A stretch of 64,000 nt of DNA from a virus (taxonomy: Duplodnaviria; Caudoviricetes). Under the pieces are notes generated by a model. It made no database searches. It was not told the origin of the DNA and saw only the letters and a program-made list of their open reading frames with translations. The first letter of the stretch is position 1; each line of letters starts with the position of its first letter. Below are positions 37,161-46,284 of the stretch, in pieces. The stretch is from positions 160,001 through 224,000 of the IMG/VR virus record IMGVR_UViG_3300021979_000003, one strand, 5' to 3'. A program made the translations under genes and the position numbers.

Positions 37161-38284
37161 TATAATCTATCTTCGTCGTAAGACTCTCCGTATTCTTCTT
37201 CAACTTCCTCATCGTCAAACGCCTGTTCAAGTCGTTCCAAATCTTCCTCACTGATATCTGTCGATTTAAGATGTCTAACTTCACCACCTTCCATATTGTT
37301 AACACCAAGTGCTTTATCCCAATATTCGGTACGTGACATATCATTCTTTAACTGTTCTGTATAACTAGGATCGTAATTGTTTTCCTGTAACACTTTATCT
37401 CTATGTTGTTGAACCGCATGTTCTTCATTGAAAATAACAGTGAATGAATTGTTGACGGTGGAAGTATAGTATGAGAATGGATTACTTGAAAACATTTCAT
37501 TAAATTGTAACCCCATACTGGTTAACTGTGTTAATGCATTCCCAACCATATCGTCGGTGTATGTGTACCCACGCCAATTATAATTTTGCGCGATCTTATT
37601 ACATAGTTTGATAAAACCGATAGCCAGTGGTTCATTGATTTGTCCATGAGTGGTGTTAAACTTTTCGCCATCAAAGTGACTGATAGCTACACATGTAGTT
37701 TCACCATCAACTAACGCATAGTGCTTATAGGGAGGGAAGTTCACCTTCTCTTTGGTATCAGCAAACTTATTAGTCTTTTTAGTATTTTTGTCAGTATTAT
37801 CTGGAATATGCTCATAAGAGAATACGCGTATAACTACGTCTTCGTCATTGACCTTCTCAATTTCTTCTTCTGGCATATCAGTAATACGCTTCTTTCCATC
37901 TTCGTAAAGCTTTCTATTGATATGTCCAATTTTCGCAAGTCGTAGAATTTTGCTATCTATTTCACCTTGAAATAGTACTAGCTTATCTTCTATAAGGTCA
38001 TAGTCTTCTCTTTCTAGGAAACGATCTATGTCAGTATCATTAAGTACTGATGTACGCTTCTCATTGTTTTTCAGACGTTTTCTGTTGATTGCTTGTAGCA
38101 TCATTTGTGCTTTACATTGCTCATACATTTCTTCGTCACAAACAATGATATCGTAATCACGATAATTGGTTGTTTTCCAATTACCATCGATGTACCACGT
38201 ATACGAGGCTTTAGACAGATGAATGTTATTCATCAAGTCTCTATTTCTAAGGTATTTTTGCTTAACTTGTTTCTTAACGGTCAT
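37160..38284 (-). CDS. gp55: late-transcription sigma factor, gp55-like
   Basis: YLRNRDLM..I..SK; F.KLC.KIA...NWRGYTYTDDMVGNAL.QL...G.QF....S.NPFSYYT..V.NSF. Confidence 0.85.
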   Translation of the reverse strand: MTVKKQVKQKYLRNRDLMNNIHLSKASYTWYIDGNWKTTNYRDYDIIVCDEEMYEQCKAQMMLQAINRKRLKNNEKRTSVLNDTDIDRFLEREDYDLIEDKLVLFQGEIDSKILRLAKIGHINRKLYEDGKKRITDMPEEEIEKVNDEDVVIRVFSYEHIPDNTDKNTKKTNKFADTKEKVNFPPYKHYALVDGETTCVAISHFDGEKFNTTHGQINEPLAIGFIKLCNKIAQNYNWRGYTYTDDMVGNALTQLTSMGLQFNEMFSSNPFSYYTSTVNNSFTVIFNEEHAVQQHRDKVLQENNYDPSYTEQLKNDMSRTEYWDKALGVNNMEGGEVRHLKSTDISEEDLERLEQAFDDEEVEEEYGESYDEDRL

Positions 38285-38390
38285 AAATTTTCCTATTTTA
38301 TTGTTTTTATTATCTTTTATTTTATATAATATCGTTGTGATCCTAAATCAACTTGTCTGGATGTTAAAGTTGTTCTATCATTTCTTTTTA

Positions 38391-38418
38391 AGTATAAACT
38401 TATTAGTTAATTTGTCAA
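38391..38418 (-). promoter_or_regulatory. sigma70 promoter for the late sigma gene
   Basis: TTGACA-N16-TATACT. Confidence 0.6.
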
Positions 38419-38442
38419 GATTCATAGGCAGATAATAGGAAA

Positions 38443-38450
38443 TATAAATA
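38443..38450 (+). promoter_or_regulatory. late promoter for the baseplate hub operon
   Basis: TATAAATA 25 nt upstream of ATG 38476. Confidence 0.7.
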
Positions 38451-38475
38451 GATATATAAGTTAAAAGGATAACGT

Positions 38476-39132
38476 ATGTCTATAGCAAACAAACAAGGTA
38501 ATGTAAGATCATCAAAACAAATTGATAAGTGTAAGTTGATTCTACAAAATCCAATAGAAACTGACGGTGACAATTCATATAATTTATTAGGGTCACCCGG
38601 AAATATTATGTACCCACTGGTTTCAGAAGGTGGTGTGGTATTTGAAAACACGCCCTCCATTTCAGTTGTATATACATCTTCATATACTGCCTACGAACTT
38701 GCACACTCTAACTATGAAATCAACGCATACCAGAAATCTTCTATTAGTGACTTCCAGATCACGGCGGCACGTTTAACCTCAGAAACAAGAGAGAAGGCCG
38801 ATTACACGCTAGCAGTAATGCAGTTCTTCAGAACATTTACTAAGATGAATTATGGTCAGAATGATCCAGATGCAGGTCTACCACCACGTATAATGAATTT
38901 TTCAGCATATGGTGAATATATGTTTAAGGATGTTCCGGTTGCTGTAAGGAACTACACAATCAGCTTACAGGAAAACGTTGACTACGTACAAACTAGCTTC
39001 AATACTCAAGTACCACTTGTAGTAGATATTAACGTTATACTAACATATATGCCTACACCATCTAACATTAAAAGAGAATTTAGTCTAAACAGCTTTGCAA
39101 ACGGAAGCTTGATTAAGAAGGGTTACCTATGA
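38476..39132 (+). CDS. baseplate tube-initiator/tail-tube-fold protein (gp48/gp54-like)
   Basis: GVVFENTPSI...H.NY....YQ.S....FQITA..LT.E...EA...LAVMQFFRTFTKM.YG...G.PP.I..F.AYG..MF..VPV. Confidence 0.65.
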   Translation: MSIANKQGNVRSSKQIDKCKLILQNPIETDGDNSYNLLGSPGNIMYPLVSEGGVVFENTPSISVVYTSSYTAYELAHSNYEINAYQKSSISDFQITAARLTSETREKADYTLAVMQFFRTFTKMNYGQNDPDAGLPPRIMNFSAYGEYMFKDVPVAVRNYTISLQENVDYVQTSFNTQVPLVVDINVILTYMPTPSNIKREFSLNSFANGSLIKKGYL

Positions 39133-39413
39133 GTGCAGAATCTTCACCATATTTTTTAACAAATGTAAAAGACTATTATTTGGATATTCTTGAGAAGCCA
39201 GAAATACCGGCAAATCCAGATGATAAATATTACACCATCGAATTAAAATACCAATATAGACCAGATAAACTTGCGAGAGATTTATATGGTGATAGTGGAT
39301 ATTGGTATGTTTTCATATTAAGAAATATGGACGTATTAGAAGACCCAATCTTTGATTTTACGGAAGGTAAGGAAATACGTCTTCCAAGCAAACGAGCTAT
39401 AAGAGGACTATAA
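39129..39413 (+). CDS. gp53: baseplate wedge gp53-like (LysM-like) protein
   Basis: YQYRPDKLARDLYGDSGYWYVFILRNMD..EDPIFDF..G..I.LP. Confidence 0.85.
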   Translation: MSAESSPYFLTNVKDYYLDILEKPEIPANPDDKYYTIELKYQYRPDKLARDLYGDSGYWYVFILRNMDVLEDPIFDFTEGKEIRLPSKRAIRGL

Positions 39414-41281
39414 TGGCCGAATACAATTTGAATCCAACCAGTGGAAACATATTAAATAGGTACTCATCGTATACATATAATTTTAAATTATACGCAATTA
39501 GTAAAGATGCTTATAATGCGATTTCTAAAAATTCTATCGACTTTAATCTTATTCATAAAAGTGAAGCAGTTAAAAACTCACCAAGGGCTATAATTGCTGA
39601 AACGGGTGTTACTAACTTAAAGATTGATGATGTATCTATAACTTCTAGACCATCTACTACAGATGCCACCTATATTACTAACTTGGGATTCAAAATCACA
39701 CAGCCTAAAGGTTTTACTTTTATCGAATCTATGGTTGCCGCTGGTACTATGTGTGGTTGGGAAGGGTTTTTTTCATCACCGTTCCTAATCTTTGAAATAC
39801 AATTTAAAGGTTGGAATGGTACTACTGGACGTGAACAGACTGCACAAACTATTTCTATACCTATTCAGATTACAAATGTAAACACTGAAATTGATGGTGG
39901 TGGTAGCCGATATTCTATTGATGCCGCTGTGCTATTTAATTCTAATAGACAAGCATACAACTCGACATTGGGAGCTATGACAATTGATGCGTGTGATACA
40001 TTTGGGGCATTTCTAACAAAGTTTGAAAGTGCCTTGAATGAAGAAGCCAAAAAAGATAAATCGAATGGTGATGTTCTTACAACCACACATAAATTTGAAA
40101 CAGATGAGGATTTAAAAAGCTTAAAGCTTTCAGCACCAAGTGAAGCAGGACATATGGTATATAATCGATCCGCAAATCCCGATAACGGAAATGGGTCCGG
40201 TTCATCATATTCTATTTCCAGTCAATTATCTATACCAAAAATTCTAGAAAGTGTACTTATATCATCACCTCAATTTCAAAAAAACTTGTCAAAGGATGAA
40301 AAGCCAAACGATTTATTTGGAAAATGTTTTCAAATAGACCCTAAAATAGATGTGAAAAATTATAACCCAATAGCGGGAGAGTATACATATGAAATAACAT
40401 GGGTTATAAGAGCCACACCAATCGCGCTTATAAGAAATAGAGGATTAAGTTCGAACGAAGCACTTAAACAATTAGTGGATGATCAAAACACAAAATTTAG
40501 AAGAGTATACACACACTATTTTACTGGAACTAATACCGAGGTATTAAGTGCAAATATAGAAACAAATAAATTATACTTCAATAAGCTTACTAGATATGAA
40601 AATTTATTTTCAAACTCAGCAAACATTGATTCGTCAAATAAAGGCGAAAACTTTTTAACACCAGAAAACAAGCAAAATGTACAAAATGAAATGATCACTT
40701 CCAGAGAGCAAAATACTCCAACTAGAAATACATCAAACGTTAAGGGAAGGCTTTCTAATGGTGATCAGATGTATGTAGATGATGTGGACGTTGGTTCAAT
40801 AGAAAAGCTAGCTAGATTTAAATACCAATATAGATTTGCTAGAGATACACAAGGTTCTGTTCCTTTAGAAGCAAAGCCTGAAGATGCAGGTTCAAGATCA
40901 CAAGAAATGTACGATTTGCTTAGGAACACAAGAAACAAGCTTTATCTTTCAGCATTAAAACTAGATTTAGAAATAAAAGGCGATCCTTTCTGGTTATCCC
41001 CAATTAATGGGAACTATGAAGAAAACAGCGGTGAGCGTTTGAGTAATTTAAAATCAAACGTTATAGGATTTGTTACTGGTTTTCCTAACGAAGTTCAAGA
41101 AAAAGGAATACGTAACGATTACATGTTTTCAGGATTATATTACGTTACAAACGTAACTTCTTCTTTTAATGCTGGAAAATTTACACAAAAATTAGAATGC
41201 TCTAGAATAAACGATGTGGATGGTGGCACATTCCTAAATAGATATGGAAGAAATGACGATGAGAGTGGTGAACAACAATGA
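39413..41281 (+). CDS. baseplate hub protein (gp27/VgrG-N-like)
   Basis: N.L..YSSYTY.F.L...IIAETG; LEIKGDPFWL; FSGLYYV..V.S.F..GKFTQ.L; lies between gp53 and gp5. Confidence 0.75.
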   Translation: MAEYNLNPTSGNILNRYSSYTYNFKLYAISKDAYNAISKNSIDFNLIHKSEAVKNSPRAIIAETGVTNLKIDDVSITSRPSTTDATYITNLGFKITQPKGFTFIESMVAAGTMCGWEGFFSSPFLIFEIQFKGWNGTTGREQTAQTISIPIQITNVNTEIDGGGSRYSIDAAVLFNSNRQAYNSTLGAMTIDACDTFGAFLTKFESALNEEAKKDKSNGDVLTTTHKFETDEDLKSLKLSAPSEAGHMVYNRSANPDNGNGSGSSYSISSQLSIPKILESVLISSPQFQKNLSKDEKPNDLFGKCFQIDPKIDVKNYNPIAGEYTYEITWVIRATPIALIRNRGLSSNEALKQLVDDQNTKFRRVYTHYFTGTNTEVLSANIETNKLYFNKLTRYENLFSNSANIDSSNKGENFLTPENKQNVQNEMITSREQNTPTRNTSNVKGRLSNGDQMYVDDVDVGSIEKLARFKYQYRFARDTQGSVPLEAKPEDAGSRSQEMYDLLRNTRNKLYLSALKLDLEIKGDPFWLSPINGNYEENSGERLSNLKSNVIGFVTGFPNEVQEKGIRNDYMFSGLYYVTNVTSSFNAGKFTQKLECSRINDVDGGTFLNRYGRNDDESGEQQ

Positions 41282-42696
41282 GAAATGATAGAGAATATGA
41301 TGCGTCAAACCATCGATTAAATGGACTTTACATGGGCTATGTAAAGAATAGTTCAGATTATCAAAAGATGGGAAGGTTAGACGTATGGATTCCAGAGCTT
41401 TGTTCTTCAGACACTGAAACCATTGCTGTGATATACGGTTCTCCGTTTGCAGGTGCATCGGCGCAATCTACTAATGACACTTCTGATACTTATGAACAAA
41501 CTCAAAAGTCATATGGATTCTGGGCAGTCCCGCCAGATATTGATACTATGGTGCTGGTGATGTTTATTAATGGTCACATATCACGTGGTGTATGGATTGG
41601 TTGTCTGTTCCACCAAGATATGAACCATATGATACCTAATGTTCCTGTAGGAGATACCTATCAAAAAGATAATCCTGTTCCAAGCGCGGAATACAATAAA
41701 AAAAGCCCAAATGCAACAACTGACCCAGAACAAGCTAAGCCTTATCATAAGCCACATTATGAAGCTATTCGTAATCAAGGATTAAAAAATGATAAGGTGC
41801 GTGGATTTTCTCAACATGGTGTTCGTTCTGAAACTACTCCCAAAGTTTCAGGTTTCTTAAGTCCTAAAGGACATTATTGGTCTATTGAAGACACGGCAGA
41901 TGATGAAAAGATACGTTTTCGTTCAAGGTCTGGTGTTCAAGTCCTTCTAGATGATACTAATGGTATGGTCTATATGATAAATAAGTCTGGTAAAGGATGG
42001 GTAGAAATCGATGACGAAGGGAAGATCATGATCTACGGCGAACAGGGTATTGCCATGAGAAGTAAAGGTGATATCAACTTACGTGCTGATAATGATTTAA
42101 TTTTTGAATCTGGTAGAAATATAGTAATGAAAAGTGTTGCTAATACTAAGATGGAAAATTACAATTTCATTCATAAAACAAAGATGGACCAAACAATAAA
42201 CGTCGCTGGTATTCAAAGTGAAAAAGTTGGCAGGCAGCATACTTTATCACAAGATGATATACAGGTAATTGCTACCAACAAATATAATCTTGGAACAAAC
42301 CTGTTCAATGTCAACAGTGGTACGATGGCAAATATTACTTCTGGTGCTGATATGAATTTAAATAGTGGGAATAATTTTAACTCTACTGCGGCAAGTCAGG
42401 TTAATGTTAATTCAGTATCTAATATAAACATGTCTGCGGGTGCGACAATGACGATGAGCTATTCCATGATTTTACAAAACGTGGGAGGTGCGGCATCACC
42501 AGCAGCATCAGCCGACCCATCGCAACCTAATATTGTTACAATTCCAGATTTGCAAACATATGATAAAATAGATGTGGAACAACCTCATAGTGATTCTGAC
42601 CCTGTAGAGACGACTATTCCGTCTATCAATACAGTGTTTCCATCACATGAACCTTGCCCTGAACATGACAAAGACCCAGAAAAAAGGACTGATTAA
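41278..42696 (+). CDS. gp5: baseplate central spike, gp5/VgrG-like (OB-fold plus beta-helix), no lysozyme domain
   Basis: Y.G.VK...D....GRL.VWIP.L; SYGFWAVPPD..T.VLV.F.NG....G.W; R.RSR.G.Q.LL.D..G..Y.IN..G..W.E. Confidence 0.85.
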   Translation: MRNDREYDASNHRLNGLYMGYVKNSSDYQKMGRLDVWIPELCSSDTETIAVIYGSPFAGASAQSTNDTSDTYEQTQKSYGFWAVPPDIDTMVLVMFINGHISRGVWIGCLFHQDMNHMIPNVPVGDTYQKDNPVPSAEYNKKSPNATTDPEQAKPYHKPHYEAIRNQGLKNDKVRGFSQHGVRSETTPKVSGFLSPKGHYWSIEDTADDEKIRFRSRSGVQVLLDDTNGMVYMINKSGKGWVEIDDEGKIMIYGEQGIAMRSKGDINLRADNDLIFESGRNIVMKSVANTKMENYNFIHKTKMDQTINVAGIQSEKVGRQHTLSQDDIQVIATNKYNLGTNLFNVNSGTMANITSGADMNLNSGNNFNSTAASQVNVNSVSNINMSAGATMTMSYSMILQNVGGAASPAASADPSQPNIVTIPDLQTYDKIDVEQPHSDSDPVETTIPSINTVFPSHEPCPEHDKDPEKRTD

Positions 42697-43010
42697 ATAT
42701 CACAGTCCTTTTTTCCATAGTCAATTTTATTGATTTGTTGTTTATGACGTTTACGATCTAATTCAGATTCTTCCACACTTTTCGAAACATCAGACGTACT
42801 TTCAATTTTAGGATTTAAAAATAATAATCCCGGCTCTTTTGAACCGGTTTTGATTATCATATGTTTTCCAGAGGTGAAAAGAATATTTTCATCTGTTGAT
42901 ATAAGAAGATTCTTTTTAAATAGAACACGAATTTGTTCTGAATCTTCTTCAATATCTATTTTATCTACAAGCTTGATTAGCTTCGATAGTTTCCTAAAAA
43001 ACTTGATCAT
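42693..43010 (-). CDS. hypothetical protein
   Basis: 105-aa ORF. Confidence 0.55.
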   Translation of the reverse strand: MIKFFRKLSKLIKLVDKIDIEEDSEQIRVLFKKNLLISTDENILFTSGKHMIIKTGSKEPGLLFLNPKIESTSDVSKSVEESELDRKRHKQQINKIDYGKKDCDI

Positions 43011-43327
43011 TAACCTGCACCAACAATACCAGTATCATCCTGACGTAGTGTTTTATCAATACTGTCCATTGCTTTCAAGTGAGTGATAATCTTTTCTTTT
43101 GAAAAAGTCATTTCACACTTTTGAGCATCTTCACTTGAATATGAAATAGGATGTAGAGAAATGCCTACACCACCTTGGGCATTGGCTTGTGGTACGATCA
43201 CACGCACACAACTGAGAACTAGTGATTTCTCATCTTCAGACACAAAGCGCCCAACAATTTCATTCATGTTATCAAGAACGACAGTTACACCGTCGCCTTT
43301 TTTCAAGCCAGTGTTAATTTGTAGCAT
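43010..43327 (-). CDS. Sm-like-fold hypothetical protein
   Basis: GDGVTVVL...EIVGRF..ED...LVL...RVI. Confidence 0.55.
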   Translation of the reverse strand: MLQINTGLKKGDGVTVVLDNMNEIVGRFVSEDEKSLVLSCVRVIVPQANAQGGVGISLHPISYSSEDAQKCEMTFSKEKIITHLKAMDSIDKTLRQDDTGIVGAG

Positions 43328-43336
43328 TTAAACCTC

Positions 43337-43636
43337 TTATTCGATTTCGTTTGTAATAGTAAATTCGGTATAACCGTATTGATTTGCCAGTTCCATAGCA
43401 CGGTCTGCAAGGGTTTCTAGATAGTTCCTCAGACCGTATTTAACAATAGACTGTCCTTGTGTATGTGTTTGCATTGTAAGCGCAACAGCTTCATCCATAG
43501 GTTTCTGATATACTTCAGTCAACACAAAGATTACAAATTCGAATGATGTAGTATCATCATTATGGATGATAGCCTTATACTTCTTAGGGCTTACAACCTT
43601 GATATCATTCATTTCAACAACTTCTGACTTAGCCAT
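43337..43636 (-). CDS. clpS: ClpS N-degron adaptor
   Basis: YKAIIHNDDTTSFEFVIFVL...F/Y...A..L...H..G..IV. Confidence 0.9.
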   Translation of the reverse strand: MAKSEVVEMNDIKVVSPKKYKAIIHNDDTTSFEFVIFVLTEVYQKPMDEAVALTMQTHTQGQSIVKYGLRNYLETLADRAMELANQYGYTEFTITNEIE

Positions 43637-43656
43637 TTTTAACTCCCAACAATTGA

Positions 43657-43905
43657 TTAATCAAAATTACGAAGACGTTTCGCTTCTTCTCTTAGCTGCT
43701 TTTCGTGACGTTTAATAGCACGTTTTTTGTCCAACTTCTTTTTCATCGAAGGCTTTTGGAATTCTTGACGTAATCCATAGTCTTTAATACGACCATCTTC
43801 ATCGACCTTCTTACGAAGCTTTTTAAGCGCACGGTCTACATTACCATTTCTTACTTCTACTTTCAACCCATTTATTCGATGGGCATCACCTTTAAATCGT
43901 CTCAT
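43657..43905 (-). CDS. rpsU: ribosomal protein bS21
   Basis: VEVRNGNVDRALKKLRKKV...G.I......F.KPS.KKK..K.RA.KR. Confidence 0.9.
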   Translation of the reverse strand: MRRFKGDAHRINGLKVEVRNGNVDRALKKLRKKVDEDGRIKDYGLRQEFQKPSMKKKLDKKRAIKRHEKQLREEAKRLRNFD

Positions 43906-43946
43906 TGTTATTATTTAATCTCCTGTTTAATTTATAATATGAATAG

Positions 43947-45164
43947 TTATTTATTGTTAGTTGTTTTATTCTTTCTGTTGTACCTAAATGTAGTCTTGAG
44001 TCTATTAGTATTAGAATCATAGCCTACCACAACAGTCTTAATGTTTCGAGAATGATACTCTTCAATATCATATTGGATGTTTCTTAGTTCTTTTTCTAGA
44101 ACCTTACGCAGACCACGAACACCAATTTTATCTTTAACTACTTTGTCTGCAACAAAATCTACTGCTTCTGGTTTAAATTGTAACTTCACTCCATCAACAG
44201 CAAATAACGTCTCGAACTGCTTCACAACGCTGTTCTTTGTCTCTGTCATTACACGCTTGATATCACTACGCGTTAGCGTGTTTGTATAAGTATGTATGGG
44301 CAATCTACCAACCAACTCAGGAATCATACCAAACTCAACTAAGTCATCAGTTGTAACATTTTTGTAAACATCTGCCATGTCTACGTCTTGTGTTGTCTTG
44401 GTTCTACCAAAGCCGATAGCATTTGTTTCCATCCTTTGTTGAACTATTTTTTCCAACCCCACGAATGCACCACCAGCAATGAATAGAATATTTTTAGTGT
44501 CAATGGATACGTTCTTGGCTACTTTTACTTCTTTACCTTCTAGTAGTCGTAGGAACGACTTCTGAACATCTTCACCACTAACATCGGCAGTGGAACCACC
44601 ACCTTTAGATTTTCTCTTTTTATCTATCTCATCAAGGAATACAATACCTTTCTCAGCCAGTTCTTTGTTTTTATCAGCTTTAGCGTAAAGCTCTTTGATA
44701 CAGTTTTCTACGTCATCACCTGTGTATCCAGAAGCAGACATGCTTGTTGTATCTACTACGACCATAGGTACGTTAATAAACCTTGCTATATGCTGAATGA
44801 TAGCTGTTTTACCTGTTCCTGATTCCCCCATTAGAAGAATATTACTTTTATCAAGGTCGGTCTGCTCTTCTACCGAGAGACTAAGCCTTTTATAATGATT
44901 TCGAACAGCAATAGCAATATCTTTCTTAGCCGTTTCCTGACGAATGATGTACTGATCAAGATATTCTACCAATGTCTTAGTAGAAGGAATGTCAGGCTCT
45001 GAACTAGATTTTGTTTTCTTAATTTGGTTATTCAAAGTGTGTTTTAAATAGTGTTCATACATCTTATTGACACAATCCCCACAAACGACTTCATTACCAG
45101 TATTGTCTATTGCTATAAAGAAATCGTTTGTTTTATCAGTATTGGGGCAAACTTTACACTTCAT
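43947..45164 (-). CDS. clpX: ClpX-like AAA+ unfoldase
   Basis: CxxC..CxxC zinc finger, LDQYII.Q..AK..IAV.NHYKR, KSNILL.G.SGTGKT, GY.G.DVE, DEIDK, DVSGEDVQ, IGF loop, G.IPELVGRLP. Confidence 0.93.
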   Translation of the reverse strand: MKCKVCPNTDKTNDFFIAIDNTGNEVVCGDCVNKMYEHYLKHTLNNQIKKTKSSSEPDIPSTKTLVEYLDQYIIRQETAKKDIAIAVRNHYKRLSLSVEEQTDLDKSNILLMGESGTGKTAIIQHIARFINVPMVVVDTTSMSASGYTGDDVENCIKELYAKADKNKELAEKGIVFLDEIDKKRKSKGGGSTADVSGEDVQKSFLRLLEGKEVKVAKNVSIDTKNILFIAGGAFVGLEKIVQQRMETNAIGFGRTKTTQDVDMADVYKNVTTDDLVEFGMIPELVGRLPIHTYTNTLTRSDIKRVMTETKNSVVKQFETLFAVDGVKLQFKPEAVDFVADKVVKDKIGVRGLRKVLEKELRNIQYDIEEYHSRNIKTVVVGYDSNTNRLKTTFRYNRKNKTTNNK

Positions 45165-45176
45165 ACGTACCTCTTG

Positions 45177-46265
45177 TTATTTTTTGAATTTAGGTAACCA
45201 AGATGACGCACCGCGTTTGGGCTTATCGAGGTTGTGCAATTTATATGGGGATTCCACTGATTTAGATTCTTCATCTTCAGGGATTTGATCGACCAAATCA
45301 TCAGCTTCTTCATCAGAAACTTTATTTCTATCAACCATTCCCTCATATTTCTTTTGAGTGTCTTCATTAACAGCATCATCTTCACTTTCGTTCATGCTAT
45401 CAATATACTCTCTTACTTTCTGACGATGGATTTCTTTCTCATCTTCACTTAGATCATCATACAGTAATTCTTGATCTTGTACAGTCTCTTTTTTCTTCTC
45501 AAACATAGAAAACTCAGATCGTACACGGTTATCATTTCTATGCATATGAGCATGGTTTGCACAAATCAATAGCATAATAGCCAGTGGATCAAACATACAT
45601 ACAAGAATAATAATAAGTATCTTAACTGCCTTATCAATAGCCTCTGGTCCATCACCATAAATTATCTCTGCAATATATTTAATTGGACCCACCTTCAATT
45701 CAATGTCCTGAATATTACTTCGGATATCAGATATTGAATTACGGTATTCGTCTATCTTATTTTCACTGGTAGCAATAGCACTTTCAACTTGCTCTCTCTG
45801 TTCAGACTGTTCTTCGCGCTGCTCTAGACCACGTGTTACGAAACCAAGCTCTATATACTTGTCTAGTGCTTGATCAAGGTTGTCCAGCACAGATTGATTA
45901 CGTTCAATTTTCTTACGTTCCATATCAATCTTTTCTTCCAGTCTGTCTATTTGAATAACATACTGTTCTTGTGGACCTACCTTCTCTAAGTGTGCTTTAG
46001 ATAGGAAACCGAATATACCGATAGATGTTAGTGCCATCAAGCCAGCTATCAGCATTATCATTAGAGACTTTTGTATGAATCCGATCAGTTCCCAAAAACG
46101 ATATACATAAGATACCGCCACTAGTTTACCGGCTTCTATCACAGTACCCATAACAATAATGGCAATAGCACTGGCGGAAAATACCGCCACCAAGCCTGTG
46201 ATTGAGAAGTAAGCTGCAACAGCAGCTATTGATAATGCGCTTAAAAATAGTATTGTAATAAACAT
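45177..46265 (-). CDS. membrane-anchored coiled-coil protein
   Basis: 3 N-terminal TMs (AAYFSITGL...F...IIVMGTVIE.GKLV...GIFGFLSKAH), coiled coil, VGPIKYIA, TM FDPLAI; TATAAATA at 46286-46293 (minus). Confidence 0.75.
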   Translation of the reverse strand: MFITILFLSALSIAAVAAYFSITGLVAVFSASAIAIIVMGTVIEAGKLVAVSYVYRFWELIGFIQKSLMIMLIAGLMALTSIGIFGFLSKAHLEKVGPQEQYVIQIDRLEEKIDMERKKIERNQSVLDNLDQALDKYIELGFVTRGLEQREEQSEQREQVESAIATSENKIDEYRNSISDIRSNIQDIELKVGPIKYIAEIIYGDGPEAIDKAVKILIIILVCMFDPLAIMLLICANHAHMHRNDNRVRSEFSMFEKKKETVQDQELLYDDLSEDEKEIHRQKVREYIDSMNESEDDAVNEDTQKKYEGMVDRNKVSDEEADDLVDQIPEDEESKSVESPYKLHNLDKPKRGASSWLPKFKK

Positions 46266-46284
46266 ATAAGTTAACCCTTTTAAG

